A program made the position numbers and the translations under genes. A stretch of 64,000 nucleotides of DNA, taken from NCBI GenBank assembly GCA_963840455.1, contig CAWIYV010000009.1, forward strand, positions 192,001 through 256,000, written 5' to 3'. Shown in pieces: positions 52,107 to 63,148 of this stretch; position 1 is the stretch's first letter, and each line of letters begins with the position of its first letter. The notes below the pieces were generated by a model, which saw nothing but the letters and a program-made list of their open reading frames with translations, searched no databases and was not told the origin of the DNA. This DNA comes from Nitrospirota bacterium. GTDB taxonomy: Bacteria > Nitrospirota > UBA9217.

Positions 52107-53262
52107 ATCAGAGTATGTCTGCTCGCCTATTGCCTCACGGGCCGCCAATCCTTCATCAGACCGCCCCACCATGGCGACGGTCGACCTGAACGCACTTACC
52201 CATAATTACCAGGAAATGGCCCGGCGCATCGGGGACCGGAAGGTCCTGGCTGTGGTCAAGGCCCAGGCCTACGGCCACGGCGCCATCCCGGTCTCGCGGC
52301 GGCTCGTCGAACTGGGCATCCACATGCTCGGTGTGGCGCTGGTGGAGGAGGGGCGGGACCTCCGGGACGCCGGCATTACGGCCCCCATCCTCGTCATGGC
52401 GCCGGTCTTCCCCGGACAGGCCGACGTGATCGTAGGCGCGAAGCTCACGCCGGTCGTGTATACCCTTGCCGTCGCCCGGGCCCTTTCGGATGCGGTGGCC
52501 GGGATGGGCAGGACGCTCGGGGTCCATGTGAAGATCGATACGGGCATGGGCAGGATCGGGCTCTCGCCCGAAGAGGCCGTCGATTTCATCGTGGCCGTAG
52601 GCAAGCTCCCCGGCCTTGCCGTCGAAGGGCTCATGACCCACTTTGCCGATGCTGATCTGCGCGACAAGGCGTTCGCATGGGCCCAGATGGACCGCTTCGA
52701 ATCGTTGATACGATTGCTGGAGGCCAAGGGGATCACCATTCCGCTCCGGCACGCGGCCAACAGCGCCGCGGTGCTGGAGTATGACCGAGCGCTCCTGACC
52801 ATGGTCCGGCCGGGGCTGATGCTGTACGGGTACAATCCCCTCGAGAGCAGGGTCAGCGCAGACCTGCGTCCCGTGCTCAGTCTCGTGACGCGCGTCGCAT
52901 TCTTGAAAAGGGTGCCCGCAGGAGTGCCGATCAGCTACGGCAGGACCTTCGTCACGAACCGGGAGAGCCTGATCGCCACCATTCCCCTTGGCTATGCCGA
53001 CGGATACAGCCGCGGCCTGTCCAACAAGGGGGAGGCCATTGTGCGGGGCGCGCGCGTTCCCGTCGCGGGCCGGGTGTGCATGGACATGACCATGCTGGAT
53101 GTGACCGACGTCCCCGGCGTCGCGGAAGGCGACGAGGTCGTGCTCATCGGCGAACAGGGGAATGAGCGGATCACGGCCGATGACATCGCCGCGAGGACCG
53201 GCACGATCGCCTACGAGGTGCTCTGCGGGATCAGCTGCAGAGTGCCGAGGGTGATAAAGTAA
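52087..53262 (+). CDS. alr: Alanine racemase
   Basis: AVVKAQAYGHG PLP lysine, KIDTGMGRIG, GYADG, GRVCMD, TIAYE; GAGGAG before ATG 52087. Confidence 0.96.
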   Translation: MRAPYTESEYVCSPIASRAANPSSDRPTMATVDLNALTHNYQEMARRIGDRKVLAVVKAQAYGHGAIPVSRRLVELGIHMLGVALVEEGRDLRDAGITAPILVMAPVFPGQADVIVGAKLTPVVYTLAVARALSDAVAGMGRTLGVHVKIDTGMGRIGLSPEEAVDFIVAVGKLPGLAVEGLMTHFADADLRDKAFAWAQMDRFESLIRLLEAKGITIPLRHAANSAAVLEYDRALLTMVRPGLMLYGYNPLESRVSADLRPVLSLVTRVAFLKRVPAGVPISYGRTFVTNRESLIATIPLGYADGYSRGLSNKGEAIVRGARVPVAGRVCMDMTMLDVTDVPGVAEGDEVVLIGEQGNERITADDIAARTGTIAYEVLCGISCRVPRVIK

Positions 53263-53341
53263 ATTCAAGATTTCTGATTCATGCAAGATTCAAGAACGGG
53301 TCACGAGCTGTTGTCGTTGCCAACAGGTCCTTTATATTGAA

Positions 53342-53454
53342 TCCAGGAGCGAGCGCATTCCCCGTAGCTTGCTGCGGGGTTAGCGAGCGATTAGAATAAA
53401 TAGTTCTACCTTGAGGATCGAAGACTCCCTGCAGCTTGCTGCAGGGAGCTTCAA
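53342..53454 (+). mobile_element. IS200/IS605-like element, copy 9
   Basis: TGAA|TCCAGG..CCCCGTAGCTTGCTGCGGGG..CTCCCTGCAGCTTGCTGCAGGGAG-CTTCAA. Confidence 0.82.
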
Positions 53455-53482
53455 TGTTCGTTTTTGAATTCTGAATTATCCT

Positions 53483-54253
53483 ATGACCGCCTGGCTCGAA
53501 CTGATCGGCAAAAAGACCTTGGCCCTCGTCCGCGAGATGGGGGCGGTCATTATCTTTTGCTGTCAGACCCTGCGCTGGTCCTTCAGCAGCCCCTTCTATC
53601 TCAAGAACCTGCTGAAGCAGATGGAGCAGATCGGCTTCAACTCGGTCCCGGTTGTGATGACCACGGCCCTCTCCACGGGCATGGTGCTGGCGCTCCAGAG
53701 CTACACGGGGTTCAAGCGTTTCGGCGCCCAGTCGCTCGTCGGCGCGGTCGTGTCGCTCTCCATGACCCGGGAGCTGGGGCCGGTGCTGACGGGGCTCATG
53801 GTGGCGGGCAGGGCCGGCGCGTCCATGGCCGCCGAGCTCGGCACCATGCGGGTGACGGAACAGATCGACGCGCTGCACACGCTGGCAACGAACCCCATGA
53901 AGTACCTGGTCGTGCCGCGCTTCCTGGCGAGCACGATCATGATGTTGTTTCTCTCGGCGCTGGGCATGTACATCGGCATCCTGGGCGGGTATTTCGTGGG
54001 CGTGAAGGTGCTCGGCACCAATCCGGTCACCTATATCAACCAGAGCATCAACAACACCGAGGTATCGGACATCTGGTACGGCCTCATCAAGTCCCTGGTC
54101 TTCGGCGCCGTGGTCGGGCTCATCGGCTGCTACAAGGGGTTCAACACCGAGGGCGGCGCCGAGGGCGTGGGCAAGGCCACGACGGGCGCGGTGGTGGTCT
54201 CGTGCATGCTGATCCTGATCCTCGATTATTTCCTGTCGGCGCTCCTGTGGTGA
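53483..54253 (+). CDS. mlaE: MlaE permease
   Basis: RELGPVLT, AELGTMRVTEQIDAL, GAEGVGKATT. Confidence 0.95.
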   Translation: MTAWLELIGKKTLALVREMGAVIIFCCQTLRWSFSSPFYLKNLLKQMEQIGFNSVPVVMTTALSTGMVLALQSYTGFKRFGAQSLVGAVVSLSMTRELGPVLTGLMVAGRAGASMAAELGTMRVTEQIDALHTLATNPMKYLVVPRFLASTIMMLFLSALGMYIGILGGYFVGVKVLGTNPVTYINQSINNTEVSDIWYGLIKSLVFGAVVGLIGCYKGFNTEGGAEGVGKATTGAVVVSCMLILILDYFLSALLW

Positions 54254-54257
54254 CCCC

Positions 54258-55010
54258 ATGGCGATGATCGAGATCACGAACCTGTTCAAGAGCTTCGGCA
54301 GCCTTCAGGTGCTCAGCGGCGTGAACCTCACGGTCGAGAAGGGCGAGAGCATGACCGTGATCGGCGGGAGCGGCAGTGGCAAGAGCGTGCTGATCAAGCA
54401 TATCATCGGCCTGCTCTTCCCCGACCGGGGGCAGGTGACGGTCGACGGCCAGGTCCTGAACGACCTGGACGAGGAAGGGTTGAACGACGTGCGGAAGAAG
54501 TTCGGCATGCTGTTCCAGGGCGCGGCGCTCTTCGACTCGCTGACGGTCTGGGAGAACGTGGGCTTCGGCCTGAAGCAGCACACGAAGATGTCCGATAAGG
54601 AGATCCGGGCGGTCGCCACGCAGAAACTGGCGCTGGTCGGTCTCAAGGATGTGGAGGATAAGATGCCCGTGGACCTGTCGGGCGGCATGAAGAAGCGCGT
54701 GGGCCTCGCCCGCGCCATCGCCATGGACCCGCAGATCATCCTGTACGACGAGCCGACGACCGGGCTTGATCCGATCACTGCGGACGCCATCAACGACCTG
54801 ATCGTAGGTCTCCGGAAGAAACTGGGCGTTACCTCAGTGGCCATCACCCACGACATGCACAGCGCCTACAAGATCTCGGACCGGATCGCCATGCTGTACA
54901 AGGGGGAGATCCAGGAGATCGGCACGCCCGACGAGATCAAAGGCACGACGAACCCTATCGTGAAGCAGTTCATCACCGGCAGCGCCGTGGGACCGATCAC
55001 GGCGGATTGA
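54258..55010 (+). CDS. mlaF: MlaF ATPase
   Basis: GGSGSGKS, LFQGAALFDSL, LSGGMKKRVGLARA, YDEPTTGLDP. Confidence 0.95.
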   Translation: MAMIEITNLFKSFGSLQVLSGVNLTVEKGESMTVIGGSGSGKSVLIKHIIGLLFPDRGQVTVDGQVLNDLDEEGLNDVRKKFGMLFQGAALFDSLTVWENVGFGLKQHTKMSDKEIRAVATQKLALVGLKDVEDKMPVDLSGGMKKRVGLARAIAMDPQIILYDEPTTGLDPITADAINDLIVGLRKKLGVTSVAITHDMHSAYKISDRIAMLYKGEIQEIGTPDEIKGTTNPIVKQFITGSAVGPITAD

Positions 55011-55014
55011 CACA

Positions 55015-55149
55015 ATTTCGGATTGCGGATCGTAGATTACGGAATGAAAAACGCATACTATTCTCCGGGGCCCCAAATCCGCAATCCCCCGTTTGAACGG
55101 GAGCTTCTATGGTATTTAAATCCGCACTCCGCATTCCGCATTCCGCAAT
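55015..55149. repeat. Inverted arrays of ATTGCGG/TCCGCAA heptamers
   Basis: ATTTCGGATTGCGGATCG...TCCGCACTCCGCATTCCGCATTCCGCAAT; relatives at 4856-4880 and 31881-31903. Confidence 0.75.
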
Positions 55150-55164
55150 GGAGATGGAGCGTTT

Positions 55165-56577
55165 ATGGCGAAATTGAGCGCAGAGGCGAAGGTCGGTCTG
55201 CTGGTGCTGGTGGGATCGGTGATCCTGATGTACATGACCCTTGTCGTCGGGAAGTATGAGCTCGGCGAGAAGAAGGGGTACCGCGTCGTGGCGATGTTCG
55301 ACTCCGTGGCCGGTCTCGATGCGAAGGCCGTGGTGCGCATGGCCGGCGTGAAGATCGGGACCGTGGAGACCGTCGAGCTCGAGGACGGCCGGGCAAAGGT
55401 CGTCCTCCGCATCAATCCGAACGTGAAGATCGGCCGGGGTGCGGAGGCCGCGGTCAAGACCATGGGCCTTTTGGGCGACAAGTACGTGGACATCGTTCCC
55501 CCCAGAGGGACGGAGGGCGGACGGCAGCCCCGTGAGCGCTCCGGCTTCTACCAGGACAACGAGCGGCTTGAGGTGACGGCCTCTCCCAGCGACGTGGACC
55601 GGCTCGTCACCCAGCTTTCGGGCATCGCCGACGACATCAAGCAGGTAACGGCATCGCTCCGTCAGGTCTTCGGCAGCCAGCGCGGCGAAAAGTCCATGGA
55701 GGACATCCTGCATGACCTCCGCCAGACCACGGCGAACATCAAGGAATTCTCCTACGCGCTCAAGGGCGACGGGGGCGAACTGATCACCCGCCTCAACGAG
55801 CTGGCGCAGAACCTGAACGGCGTGGTGAACGACAACAAGGACAATCTCAAGGTGACCATGGAGAACGTCCGCGAGGCGTCCAAGAACGCAGAGCTGGCCC
55901 TCGCTTCGATCAATGAGGTCACCAAGCGGATCGACCGCGGCGAGGGGACCCTGGGCAAGCTCGTGACCGATGAGAGCATGTACACCAGCATCGACAGCGC
56001 GGCCAAAGGCATCGCGGATTATACCTCGCGGATCGAACGTCTGAAGACGGCCATCGCGTTCCGGTCCGAGTACGGGTTCCCGAAGTTCAAAAATTATTTT
56101 ACGCTCGAGCTGAAGCCCCGTCCGGACCAGTACTACATCCTCGAGCTGGTCTCCGACCCCTTCGGCAAATATTCGCGCGTTGAGACGACCAGCACACCGC
56201 CCGGTAGCACGACCGTGACCGAGACCTACGAGGACAAGCTCAAGTTCAGCATCGAGTTCGCAAAGCGCTACGGCAACCTCGCGTTCCGTATGGGGCTCAT
56301 CGAGTCCACGGGCGGCGTGGGAGGCGACGTCTTCCTGTTCGACGACCGGGTGAAGTTCAGTCTCGATGCCTGGAACTCCAACAGCCATGAACCGCATAAC
56401 ACTTATTCGCATTTGAAGGCTACGGCGAACATGATGCTGAACAAGGTCCTGTTCCTGAATGCGGGCTACGACAACATCCTGAACGTCGAACGGCGGTCTG
56501 CGTTTGTCGGCGCCGGCCTGCGCTTCACGGACGACGACCTCAAGTACTTCATGGGAAGCGTGCCGATCCCGAAGTAG
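55165..56577 (+). CDS. mlaD: MlaD/MCE protein with long helical and C-terminal extension
   Basis: EAKVG TM anchor, AGVKIGTV, GLLGDKYV, GTLGKLV. Confidence 0.9.
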   Translation: MAKLSAEAKVGLLVLVGSVILMYMTLVVGKYELGEKKGYRVVAMFDSVAGLDAKAVVRMAGVKIGTVETVELEDGRAKVVLRINPNVKIGRGAEAAVKTMGLLGDKYVDIVPPRGTEGGRQPRERSGFYQDNERLEVTASPSDVDRLVTQLSGIADDIKQVTASLRQVFGSQRGEKSMEDILHDLRQTTANIKEFSYALKGDGGELITRLNELAQNLNGVVNDNKDNLKVTMENVREASKNAELALASINEVTKRIDRGEGTLGKLVTDESMYTSIDSAAKGIADYTSRIERLKTAIAFRSEYGFPKFKNYFTLELKPRPDQYYILELVSDPFGKYSRVETTSTPPGSTTVTETYEDKLKFSIEFAKRYGNLAFRMGLIESTGGVGGDVFLFDDRVKFSLDAWNSNSHEPHNTYSHLKATANMMLNKVLFLNAGYDNILNVERRSAFVGAGLRFTDDDLKYFMGSVPIPK

Positions 56578-56601
56578 CGAGTAGCGCCGGACGCTCCGTT
56601 C

Positions 56602-56630
56602 TTGACATTTCATTCCCTGTAACCTAGAAT
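56602..56630 (+). promoter_or_regulatory. Sigma70 promoter of galU-lon
   Basis: TTGACA-17 bp-TAGAAT. Confidence 0.75.
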
Positions 56631-56657
56631 ACGCTCGTTGCTCATGCCACCGAGGAG

Positions 56658-57533
56658 ATGCGTTTGAAGAAAGAGATAACGAAGGCGGTGTTTCCCGCCG
56701 CGGGGCTCGGGACGCGGTTCCTGCCCGCGACGAAGGCCATGCCCAAGGAAATGCTCCCCCTGGTGGACAAGCCCCTCATCCAGTATGTGGTGGAGGAGGC
56801 GGTCTCGTCGGGGATCGAAGAGGTGGTGCTGGTCACGGGCCGCGGCAAGCGGGCCATTGAGGACCATTTCGATGTTGCCTTCGAGCTCGAGGAGGAGCTC
56901 AAGGCCAAGGGCAAGCACAAGATCCTGAACGAGGTGCAGCGCATCGCCGACCTCGTGACGTTCTGCTACATCCGCCAGAAGAAGGCGCTCGGCCTGGGCC
57001 ACGCCGTGCTGACGGCCAAGCGCGTGGTGGGCAATGAACCGTTCGCGGTGCTCCTGGGCGACGACATCATCGACGCGGCCACCCCGGTCCTCCGGCAGAT
57101 GATGGACGTGTACCGGCGCTATCCCGGGACGATCCTCGCCATCCAGAAGGTGCCCCGGTCGCAGACGCGCAATTACGGCATCATCGACGCCCGGAAGATC
57201 GAGAACGACGTATACCTCGTGAAGCACCTGGTGGAGAAGCCGGCCCCCGAGGATGCGCCGTCCAACCTGGCCATCATCGGGCGGTACATCCTGACGCCGG
57301 AGATCTTCACAGCGCTGGAGCACACGAAAGCGGGGAAGGGCGGCGAGATCCAGCTCACCGACGGGCTCCGCCTGCTCATGGAGAAACAGCCTATCTACGC
57401 CTTCGAGTTCGAGGGCACGCGGTATGACGCCGGCGACAAGCTCGGCTTTCTCAAGGCCACCGTCGAGTTCGGCCTCAGGAACACCGAGTTCGGCAGCGAG
57501 TTCCGGAGCTACCTGCAGAAACTGAAGTTCTGA
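56658..57533 (+). CDS. galU: UTP-glucose-1-phosphate uridylyltransferase
   Basis: KAVFPAAGLGTRFLPATKAMPKEMLP, LVEKP, GEIQLTD. Confidence 0.97.
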   Translation: MRLKKEITKAVFPAAGLGTRFLPATKAMPKEMLPLVDKPLIQYVVEEAVSSGIEEVVLVTGRGKRAIEDHFDVAFELEEELKAKGKHKILNEVQRIADLVTFCYIRQKKALGLGHAVLTAKRVVGNEPFAVLLGDDIIDAATPVLRQMMDVYRRYPGTILAIQKVPRSQTRNYGIIDARKIENDVYLVKHLVEKPAPEDAPSNLAIIGRYILTPEIFTALEHTKAGKGGEIQLTDGLRLLMEKQPIYAFEFEGTRYDAGDKLGFLKATVEFGLRNTEFGSEFRSYLQKLKF

Positions 57534-57574
57534 GCGCGCCGCGGCATCCCTGACGCTGTCATAAGGAGACCATC

Positions 57575-59986
57575 TTGGCAAAGACCGAACCTAAGGGCAA
57601 CGAGCTCCAGCAGTCCATCGAGATCCCCAAGAAGATCCCGCTGCTCCCCATCCGGGACATCGTGGTCTTCCCCTACATGGTGCTCCCCCTGTTCGTGGGA
57701 CGGGAGATGTCCATCAAGGCGATCGAAACGGCGCTGGAGGGGAACCGGATGATCTTCCTCGCCTCCCAGAAGGACATCAACGTCGAGAACCCCTCGCCGT
57801 CGGACCTCTATTCCATGGGGACCGTGGGCGTGATCATGCGGATGCTGAAGCTCCCCGACGGCAGGATCAAGATCCTGGTCCAGGGGGTGTCCCGCGCGAA
57901 GACCACGAAATTCCTGCAAAAAGAACCGTTCTACATGGTCGAGATCAAGACCTTCCCCGACGCGCCGTCGCCCGTGAACATCGAGCTCGAGGCGCTCATG
58001 CGGAACGTCAAGGAGCAGATCGAGAAGCTCGTGTCCTTTGGCAAGGTGATCCTGCCCGACATCATGGTGGTCATCGAGAACGTGGACGACCCCGGGAAGC
58101 TCGCCGACCTCGCCGTGGCGAACATGGGCCTCAAGGTGGAACAGGCCCAGGAGATCCTGGAGGTCACCGATCCCCTGCAGCGGATCAAGCGGATCAACGA
58201 GGCGCTGGGCAAGGAGATCGAGCTTTTGTCCATGCAGCAGAAGATCCAGGCCGATGTCCGTGGCGAGATCGACAAGACCCAGCGCGAGTATTTCCTTCGC
58301 GAGCAGCTCAAGGCCATCCAGAAGGAGCTGGGCGATACGGACGACCGCTCCGAGGACATCCGCGAGCTCCGGGAGAAGATCGTCGATGCCAAGATGCCGG
58401 AGAAGGCCATGAAGGAGGCCGAGAAGCAGCTCCGGAGGCTCGAGCGCATGCACCCCGATGCCGCTGAGGCGTCCATGACCCGCACGTACATCGAGGGGCT
58501 CGCCGAGCTCCCCTGGAGCAAGTCGACGAAGGACAACCTGGACCTCAAGGCGGCGCAGAAGATCCTCGAGGAGGACCACTACGACCTCGAGAAGGTGAAG
58601 GAGCGCATCCTTGAATATCTTGCCGTGCGCAAGCTCAAGGACAAGATGAAGGGCCCCATCCTGTGCTTTGTGGGGCCTCCGGGCGTAGGCAAGACCTCGC
58701 TCGGCAAGTCCATCGCCCGCTCCCTGGGGCGCGAGTTCGTGCGCATCTCGCTGGGCGGCGTGCGGGACGAGGCGGAGATCCGCGGCCACCGCAGGACCTA
58801 CGTGGGGGCGCTGCCGGGCAGGATCATCCAGGGCATCAAGACGGCCGGGTCCAATAATCCGGTCTTCATGCTCGACGAGATCGACAAGATCGGCGCCGAC
58901 TTCCGGGGCGACCCGTCGGCCGCCCTGCTCGAGGTGCTGGACCCCGAGCAGAACAACTCTTTCAGCGACCATTACATCGGGCTGCCCTTCGACCTGTCCA
59001 ATGTCATGTTCATCACCACGGCCAACATGACGGACCCCATCCCGGGGCCGCTCAAGGACCGCATGGAGATCATCCGGCTCTCGGGGTACACGGAGCATGA
59101 GAAGCTCGGCATCGCCAAGAGCTACCTGGTACCGCGCCAGCTGAAGGAGAACGGCATCACCGCGAAGAACATCAGCATCCCGGACAAGACCATCCTCAAG
59201 ATCGTTGATGCGTACACGCGGGAAGCGGGGGTCCGCAACCTGGAACGGGAGATCGGCCACCTCTGCCGCAAGGTCGCCAGGAAGATCGCCGAGGGCGAGA
59301 CCGGGCTTTTCACCATCACCACGGCCAACATGCACAAGTACCTCGGCGTGCAGAAGTTCCTGCCCGAGGAGGAGCGGAAGAAGGACGAGATCGGGGTGGT
59401 GACGGGCCTCGCCTGGACCGAGACCGGCGGCGACGTCCTTTATATCGAAGCGACCACGATGAAGGGCAAGGGCACGCTTACCCTCACCGGCCAGCTGGGC
59501 GACGTGATGAAGGAGTCTGCCCACGCGGCCCTTACCTATGTCCGGTCCCGGGCGGCCGACCTCGGCATCAACACCGAGCGCTTCGGCAAGACCGATGTGC
59601 ACATCCACGTCCCGGCCGGCGCCATTCCCAAGGACGGACCCTCGGCCGGCGTCACCATGGCAACCGCCCTGGCGTCGGTCTTTACGAGCGAGCCGGTGCG
59701 GAACGACCTCGCCATGACCGGTGAAGTGACGCTGCGGGGGCGGGTGCTCCCCATCGGCGGCCTCAAGGAAAAGACCCTTGCGGCCCGGCGTGCCGGCATC
59801 ACGACCGTGATCATCCCGAAGCAGAACGAAAAGGACCTTGACGACATCCCGAAGGAGATCCGGAAGGACATGAAGTTCATCTTTGCCGAGACCATGGACG
59901 ACGTGATCAATATGGCGCTCAGGAAAAAACTGCCCCGCCGCATCGCCCATGGGAAGAAGCCAGGCAGGTCACGGGCAACGCACTGA
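57575..59986 (+). CDS. lon: ATP-dependent protease La
   Basis: [26 protein letters not shown] catalytic Ser, IGGLKEK. Confidence 0.98.
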   Translation: MAKTEPKGNELQQSIEIPKKIPLLPIRDIVVFPYMVLPLFVGREMSIKAIETALEGNRMIFLASQKDINVENPSPSDLYSMGTVGVIMRMLKLPDGRIKILVQGVSRAKTTKFLQKEPFYMVEIKTFPDAPSPVNIELEALMRNVKEQIEKLVSFGKVILPDIMVVIENVDDPGKLADLAVANMGLKVEQAQEILEVTDPLQRIKRINEALGKEIELLSMQQKIQADVRGEIDKTQREYFLREQLKAIQKELGDTDDRSEDIRELREKIVDAKMPEKAMKEAEKQLRRLERMHPDAAEASMTRTYIEGLAELPWSKSTKDNLDLKAAQKILEEDHYDLEKVKERILEYLAVRKLKDKMKGPILCFVGPPGVGKTSLGKSIARSLGREFVRISLGGVRDEAEIRGHRRTYVGALPGRIIQGIKTAGSNNPVFMLDEIDKIGADFRGDPSAALLEVLDPEQNNSFSDHYIGLPFDLSNVMFITTANMTDPIPGPLKDRMEIIRLSGYTEHEKLGIAKSYLVPRQLKENGITAKNISIPDKTILKIVDAYTREAGVRNLEREIGHLCRKVARKIAEGETGLFTITTANMHKYLGVQKFLPEEERKKDEIGVVTGLAWTETGGDVLYIEATTMKGKGTLTLTGQLGDVMKESAHAALTYVRSRAADLGINTERFGKTDVHIHVPAGAIPKDGPSAGVTMATALASVFTSEPVRNDLAMTGEVTLRGRVLPIGGLKEKTLAARRAGITTVIIPKQNEKDLDDIPKEIRKDMKFIFAETMDDVINMALRKKLPRRIAHGKKPGRSRATH

Positions 59987-60029
59987 CATGCAGGGGATAG
60001 AATACCAGGGGCAGGAGAGAGAAAACAGG

Positions 60030-60058
60030 GTAGGGGCGGGTCAGAGACCCGCCCCTCC
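60030..60058. repeat. GTAG-type REP-like palindrome
   Basis: GTAGGGGCGGGTC-AGA-GACCCGCCCCT. Confidence 0.6.
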
Positions 60059-60067
60059 GTCGTTTCT

Positions 60068-61090
60068 ATGAAGATATCCAGCCTTGGCGAGTTCGGCCTC
60101 ATCGAACAGATCCGGAGAACAGCGGCGCGTGATGCGAAGCGGGTGCGCATCGGTATCGGGGACGATGCCGCGGCGCTCGTGCTTTCTCCCTCCTCGGCGC
60201 TCCTCGCCACGACCGATATGCTGCTGGAGGGCGTCCACTTCGACCTCGCCACGACCGACCTGTTCTCCCTGGGCTGGAAGTCCGCGGCCGTGAACCTGAG
60301 CGACATCGCGGCCATGGGGGGGACACCCCGCTTCTGCCTGACCGCCCTCGGCATCCCGCCCTCCCTCTCGGTCGAGGACATCAGGGTGTTCTACCGGGGT
60401 GTCAATGCCTGCCTGAAGAAGTTCGGAGCGGTCCTCGTGGGCGGGGACACCTGCCGGTCCCGTACAGGCCTTGTCATCAGCGTGTCGGTGCTCGGCGAGA
60501 TGGAAAAGAAGCGGGTCATCACGCGCTCAGGTGCCCGGCCAGGAGATCTGATATTCGTGACCGGAACGCTCGGGGACTCAGGCGCGGGGCTGGAAGTGCT
60601 GCAGCGTAAAGCAGGGGGCAGGGGTCAGGGGACAGAGGTCAGGAAACTGATCGAAAAACATCTGCGCCCGGTACCGCTCGTTGCTCTCGGGAGGAAGATC
60701 GCTGCCAGCGGGATCGCATCGGCCATGATCGATGTGAGCGATGGGCTTTCCTCTGATCTGGGACATATTTGCGAAGAGAGCGGCGTCGGCGCGGAAATAG
60801 TCGCCGCAAATATCCCTCTTGGAGCGGGCGTGATGTCCTTGAAGACCTTGGAGCGGCCGGCGCTGGCGTACGCCCTGTCCGGCGGGGAGGACTATGAACT
60901 GTTGTTTACGGTCCCTCCAGACAAGCTGCGGAAGTTCAGGTCGCTCAGGCTCGCTGCATCGGAGATCGGCGTTATCACGCGGGGCCGGTCAATGTCGATC
61001 GTGGGCAGGGACGGCCGGAAAGCCCTGCTCCCGGCCTCCGGGTACGACCACTTTCGTGCGGGACGGAATGTTCGGGGAACGGGACGATGA
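60068..61090 (+). CDS. thiL: Thiamine-monophosphate kinase
   Basis: GEFGLI, GIGDDAA, NLSDIAAMG, DVSDGL, GGEDYEL. Confidence 0.96.
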   Translation: MKISSLGEFGLIEQIRRTAARDAKRVRIGIGDDAAALVLSPSSALLATTDMLLEGVHFDLATTDLFSLGWKSAAVNLSDIAAMGGTPRFCLTALGIPPSLSVEDIRVFYRGVNACLKKFGAVLVGGDTCRSRTGLVISVSVLGEMEKKRVITRSGARPGDLIFVTGTLGDSGAGLEVLQRKAGGRGQGTEVRKLIEKHLRPVPLVALGRKIAASGIASAMIDVSDGLSSDLGHICEESGVGAEIVAANIPLGAGVMSLKTLERPALAYALSGGEDYELLFTVPPDKLRKFRSLRLAASEIGVITRGRSMSIVGRDGRKALLPASGYDHFRAGRNVRGTGR

Positions 61091-61533
61091 GAAAGTACAT
61101 TACGGAACGCATACGGGAGATCGTGAAGCTCGACGATACGCCGCACAAACTGGCGCTCGCTTCCGCCATCGGGATCTTCATCGCCTTCAGCCCCTGGCTT
61201 GGGCTGCACATCGTTTCCTGTTTTTTCTTTGCCTGGATCTTCCGGGTGAGCAAGTTCGTGGTCATAACCGCCATGTTCGTGAACAACCCGTGGACCATGG
61301 TGCCCATCTATGCCTTCAATCTCTGGTTCGGCGTCCGCCTCACGGGCAGCGAGATCATCATCCCCGAGATCGCCTGGAGCGAGATCGGCTTCCGGGAGCT
61401 CTTCACGATCCTGAAGCCCATGCTCTGGCCCTTTGTCCTCGGATCGCTGGTCGCCGGGGCCGTGGCCGGGGTGCTCGCCTACTTCTTCTTTCATTGGGCT
61501 GTTACGCACTATCGCAAGATCGAGCCCGTCTAG
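61087..61533 (+). CDS. DUF2062-like membrane protein
   Basis: DTPHKLA, GIFIAFSP, NNPWT. Confidence 0.8.
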   Translation: MRKYITERIREIVKLDDTPHKLALASAIGIFIAFSPWLGLHIVSCFFFAWIFRVSKFVVITAMFVNNPWTMVPIYAFNLWFGVRLTGSEIIIPEIAWSEIGFRELFTILKPMLWPFVLGSLVAGAVAGVLAYFFFHWAVTHYRKIEPV

Positions 61534-61751
61534 GGCGGTCAATCTCACTTCACCCAAGAGGTCTTCTTCAGGGGAGGCCTGTCCTGTCGTCCGGCTCCTC
61601 CAGATAGAAAAGGCACAGAAAGGTGGATGCAAATGAGCAGCGCGTCTGTGATGACGCCGGCTTGCGCCCCACCGGAACCGCGTGCCGATCAGCTGCAGGT
61701 CCGTGAGCAATGAGGGCATCTCGGATCAGGCACAGGCCCCGGTAATAGTGC

Positions 61752-61780
61752 TTGACATTGCGGGGTTCGTAGCTTATTAT
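61752..61780 (+). promoter_or_regulatory. Sigma70 promoter of the tRNA
   Basis: TTGACA-17 bp-TATTAT. Confidence 0.8.
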
Positions 61781-61791
61781 GCTCTCCTCAT

Positions 61792-61868
<77 letters not shown>

Positions 61869-61876
61869 ACAAGTTC

Positions 61877-61910
61877 AAGGACTTACGGTTTGCCGTAAGT
61901 CCTTTTTCTT
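61877..61910 (+). terminator. Intrinsic terminator after the tRNA
   Basis: AAGGACTTACGG-TTTG-CCGTAAGTCCTT followed by a T-run. Confidence 0.85.
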
Positions 61911-61999
61911 TGTCCGAAGGGCCTTCTTCTAACAATCTTCTAACACTTTCCGACGAGTTGCTGCATTGCTCTCCTGCTTCAAGGATGTAATAGAAAGCG

Positions 62000-63148
62000 C
62001 TAAATCGGTCTGACGGGAGACTTAACAAGGGGCCGCGCGATTAAGCTCACCTTGGATTTCCTTCTCAGTGTTTCCCGATGGTGTTCCGGCAGGATGGCCG
62101 CAGTCTTCTGTGCAGCAGTGACAACAGGGACCCCCAGTATCATACCCATTATGCCGAAGAGATTCTCCCCCACGATTAACGTAATCACGAGGAGCATGGG
62201 ATGGAGGTGCACGCCTTTGCCGATCAGGAGCGGCTGCATAATGAGGTCGTCCATGAGTTTTATTGCGAGGTACAGGACAACGACATTCCATACTGGATCA
62301 AAGCTGCGGTACTGCATCAGAGCGACGAGCGAGGATACCGTGCATCCGACAATGGGGCCAAAATACGGTACAATGTTTGCCACACCGCTCAAAATGCCGA
62401 GCGAGATATGATAGTTGATCCCGATGAGCCAGAGCCCCGCTGAAGCCAGTACACCTATAACAAAACAATCAACGGCAAGCCCGCGGAGATACTTTCCAAC
62501 GAGAATATTGATCTCTTCAATGACCGAAATAGTCGTTTCCACGTAAGAAGGCGGAACCCAGGCCATGACCCTCTTCTTTACGCCCGGCCAGTCCTTAAGC
62601 AGGAAAAAGACAAAGAAAGGGACAAGAATGAACGCCATAATAAATGGAGTCGCCTGCTTGAGAATTTCTGAAGCGTTGGGCGTCCGTTCGAGAAATCCGC
62701 TCGGACCGAACACATTATCAACAAGGTTCATGATGCTGGATTCGATGAAGGGGTATTGTCCTGCGATGTCTTGCGCGATCAACAGGAGAGCGTCCTTTAT
62801 CTGATGCGAGAACTCGGGATACTTTGCATAGACATTCATGATCTCCTGCTTAAGACCGGGAATGAAGATCAGGTCTGCTGCAATCACGAATACGCCAGCG
62901 AGCACAAAGAGCAGAGTGACCGCCACGCTCCTCTTGATTCCAAGCCTTTCAAAGGCCTTGATAACCGAACTGAAGATATAGGCAATGACCACTGCGGCTA
63001 TCATTATCATGAGGAGTTGGGTAATACGGGAAGCGATTACTGCGGCAACACCGAGGGCCAGGAGAATAAAAACCCACCGAGGCATCTGGTTACGGAGCTT
63101 GCGCGGATCGGTTAGCGAAGTGCCATTCTTATGCCCTTCGTCTGTCAT
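62000..63148 (-). CDS. AI-2E/PerM-family transporter
   Basis: FFLLKD, NIVPYFGP, QPLLIG, LHP, FGIMGMILGVP. Confidence 0.9.
   Translation of the reverse strand: MTDEGHKNGTSLTDPRKLRNQMPRWVFILLALGVAAVIASRITQLLMIMIAAVVIAYIFSSVIKAFERLGIKRSVAVTLLFVLAGVFVIAADLIFIPGLKQEIMNVYAKYPEFSHQIKDALLLIAQDIAGQYPFIESSIMNLVDNVFGPSGFLERTPNASEILKQATPFIMAFILVPFFVFFLLKDWPGVKKRVMAWVPPSYVETTISVIEEINILVGKYLRGLAVDCFVIGVLASAGLWLIGINYHISLGILSGVANIVPYFGPIVGCTVSSLVALMQYRSFDPVWNVVVLYLAIKLMDDLIMQPLLIGKGVHLHPMLLVITLIVGENLFGIMGMILGVPVVTAAQKTAAILPEHHRETLRRKSKVSLIARPLVKSPVRPI

Noticed and set aside
46227-59950. Long antisense ORFs (46227-48275, 48702-50594, 54997-56613, 57509-59950)
   Set aside because: They shadow well-supported genes on the other strand, as expected at high GC3, and show no motifs.
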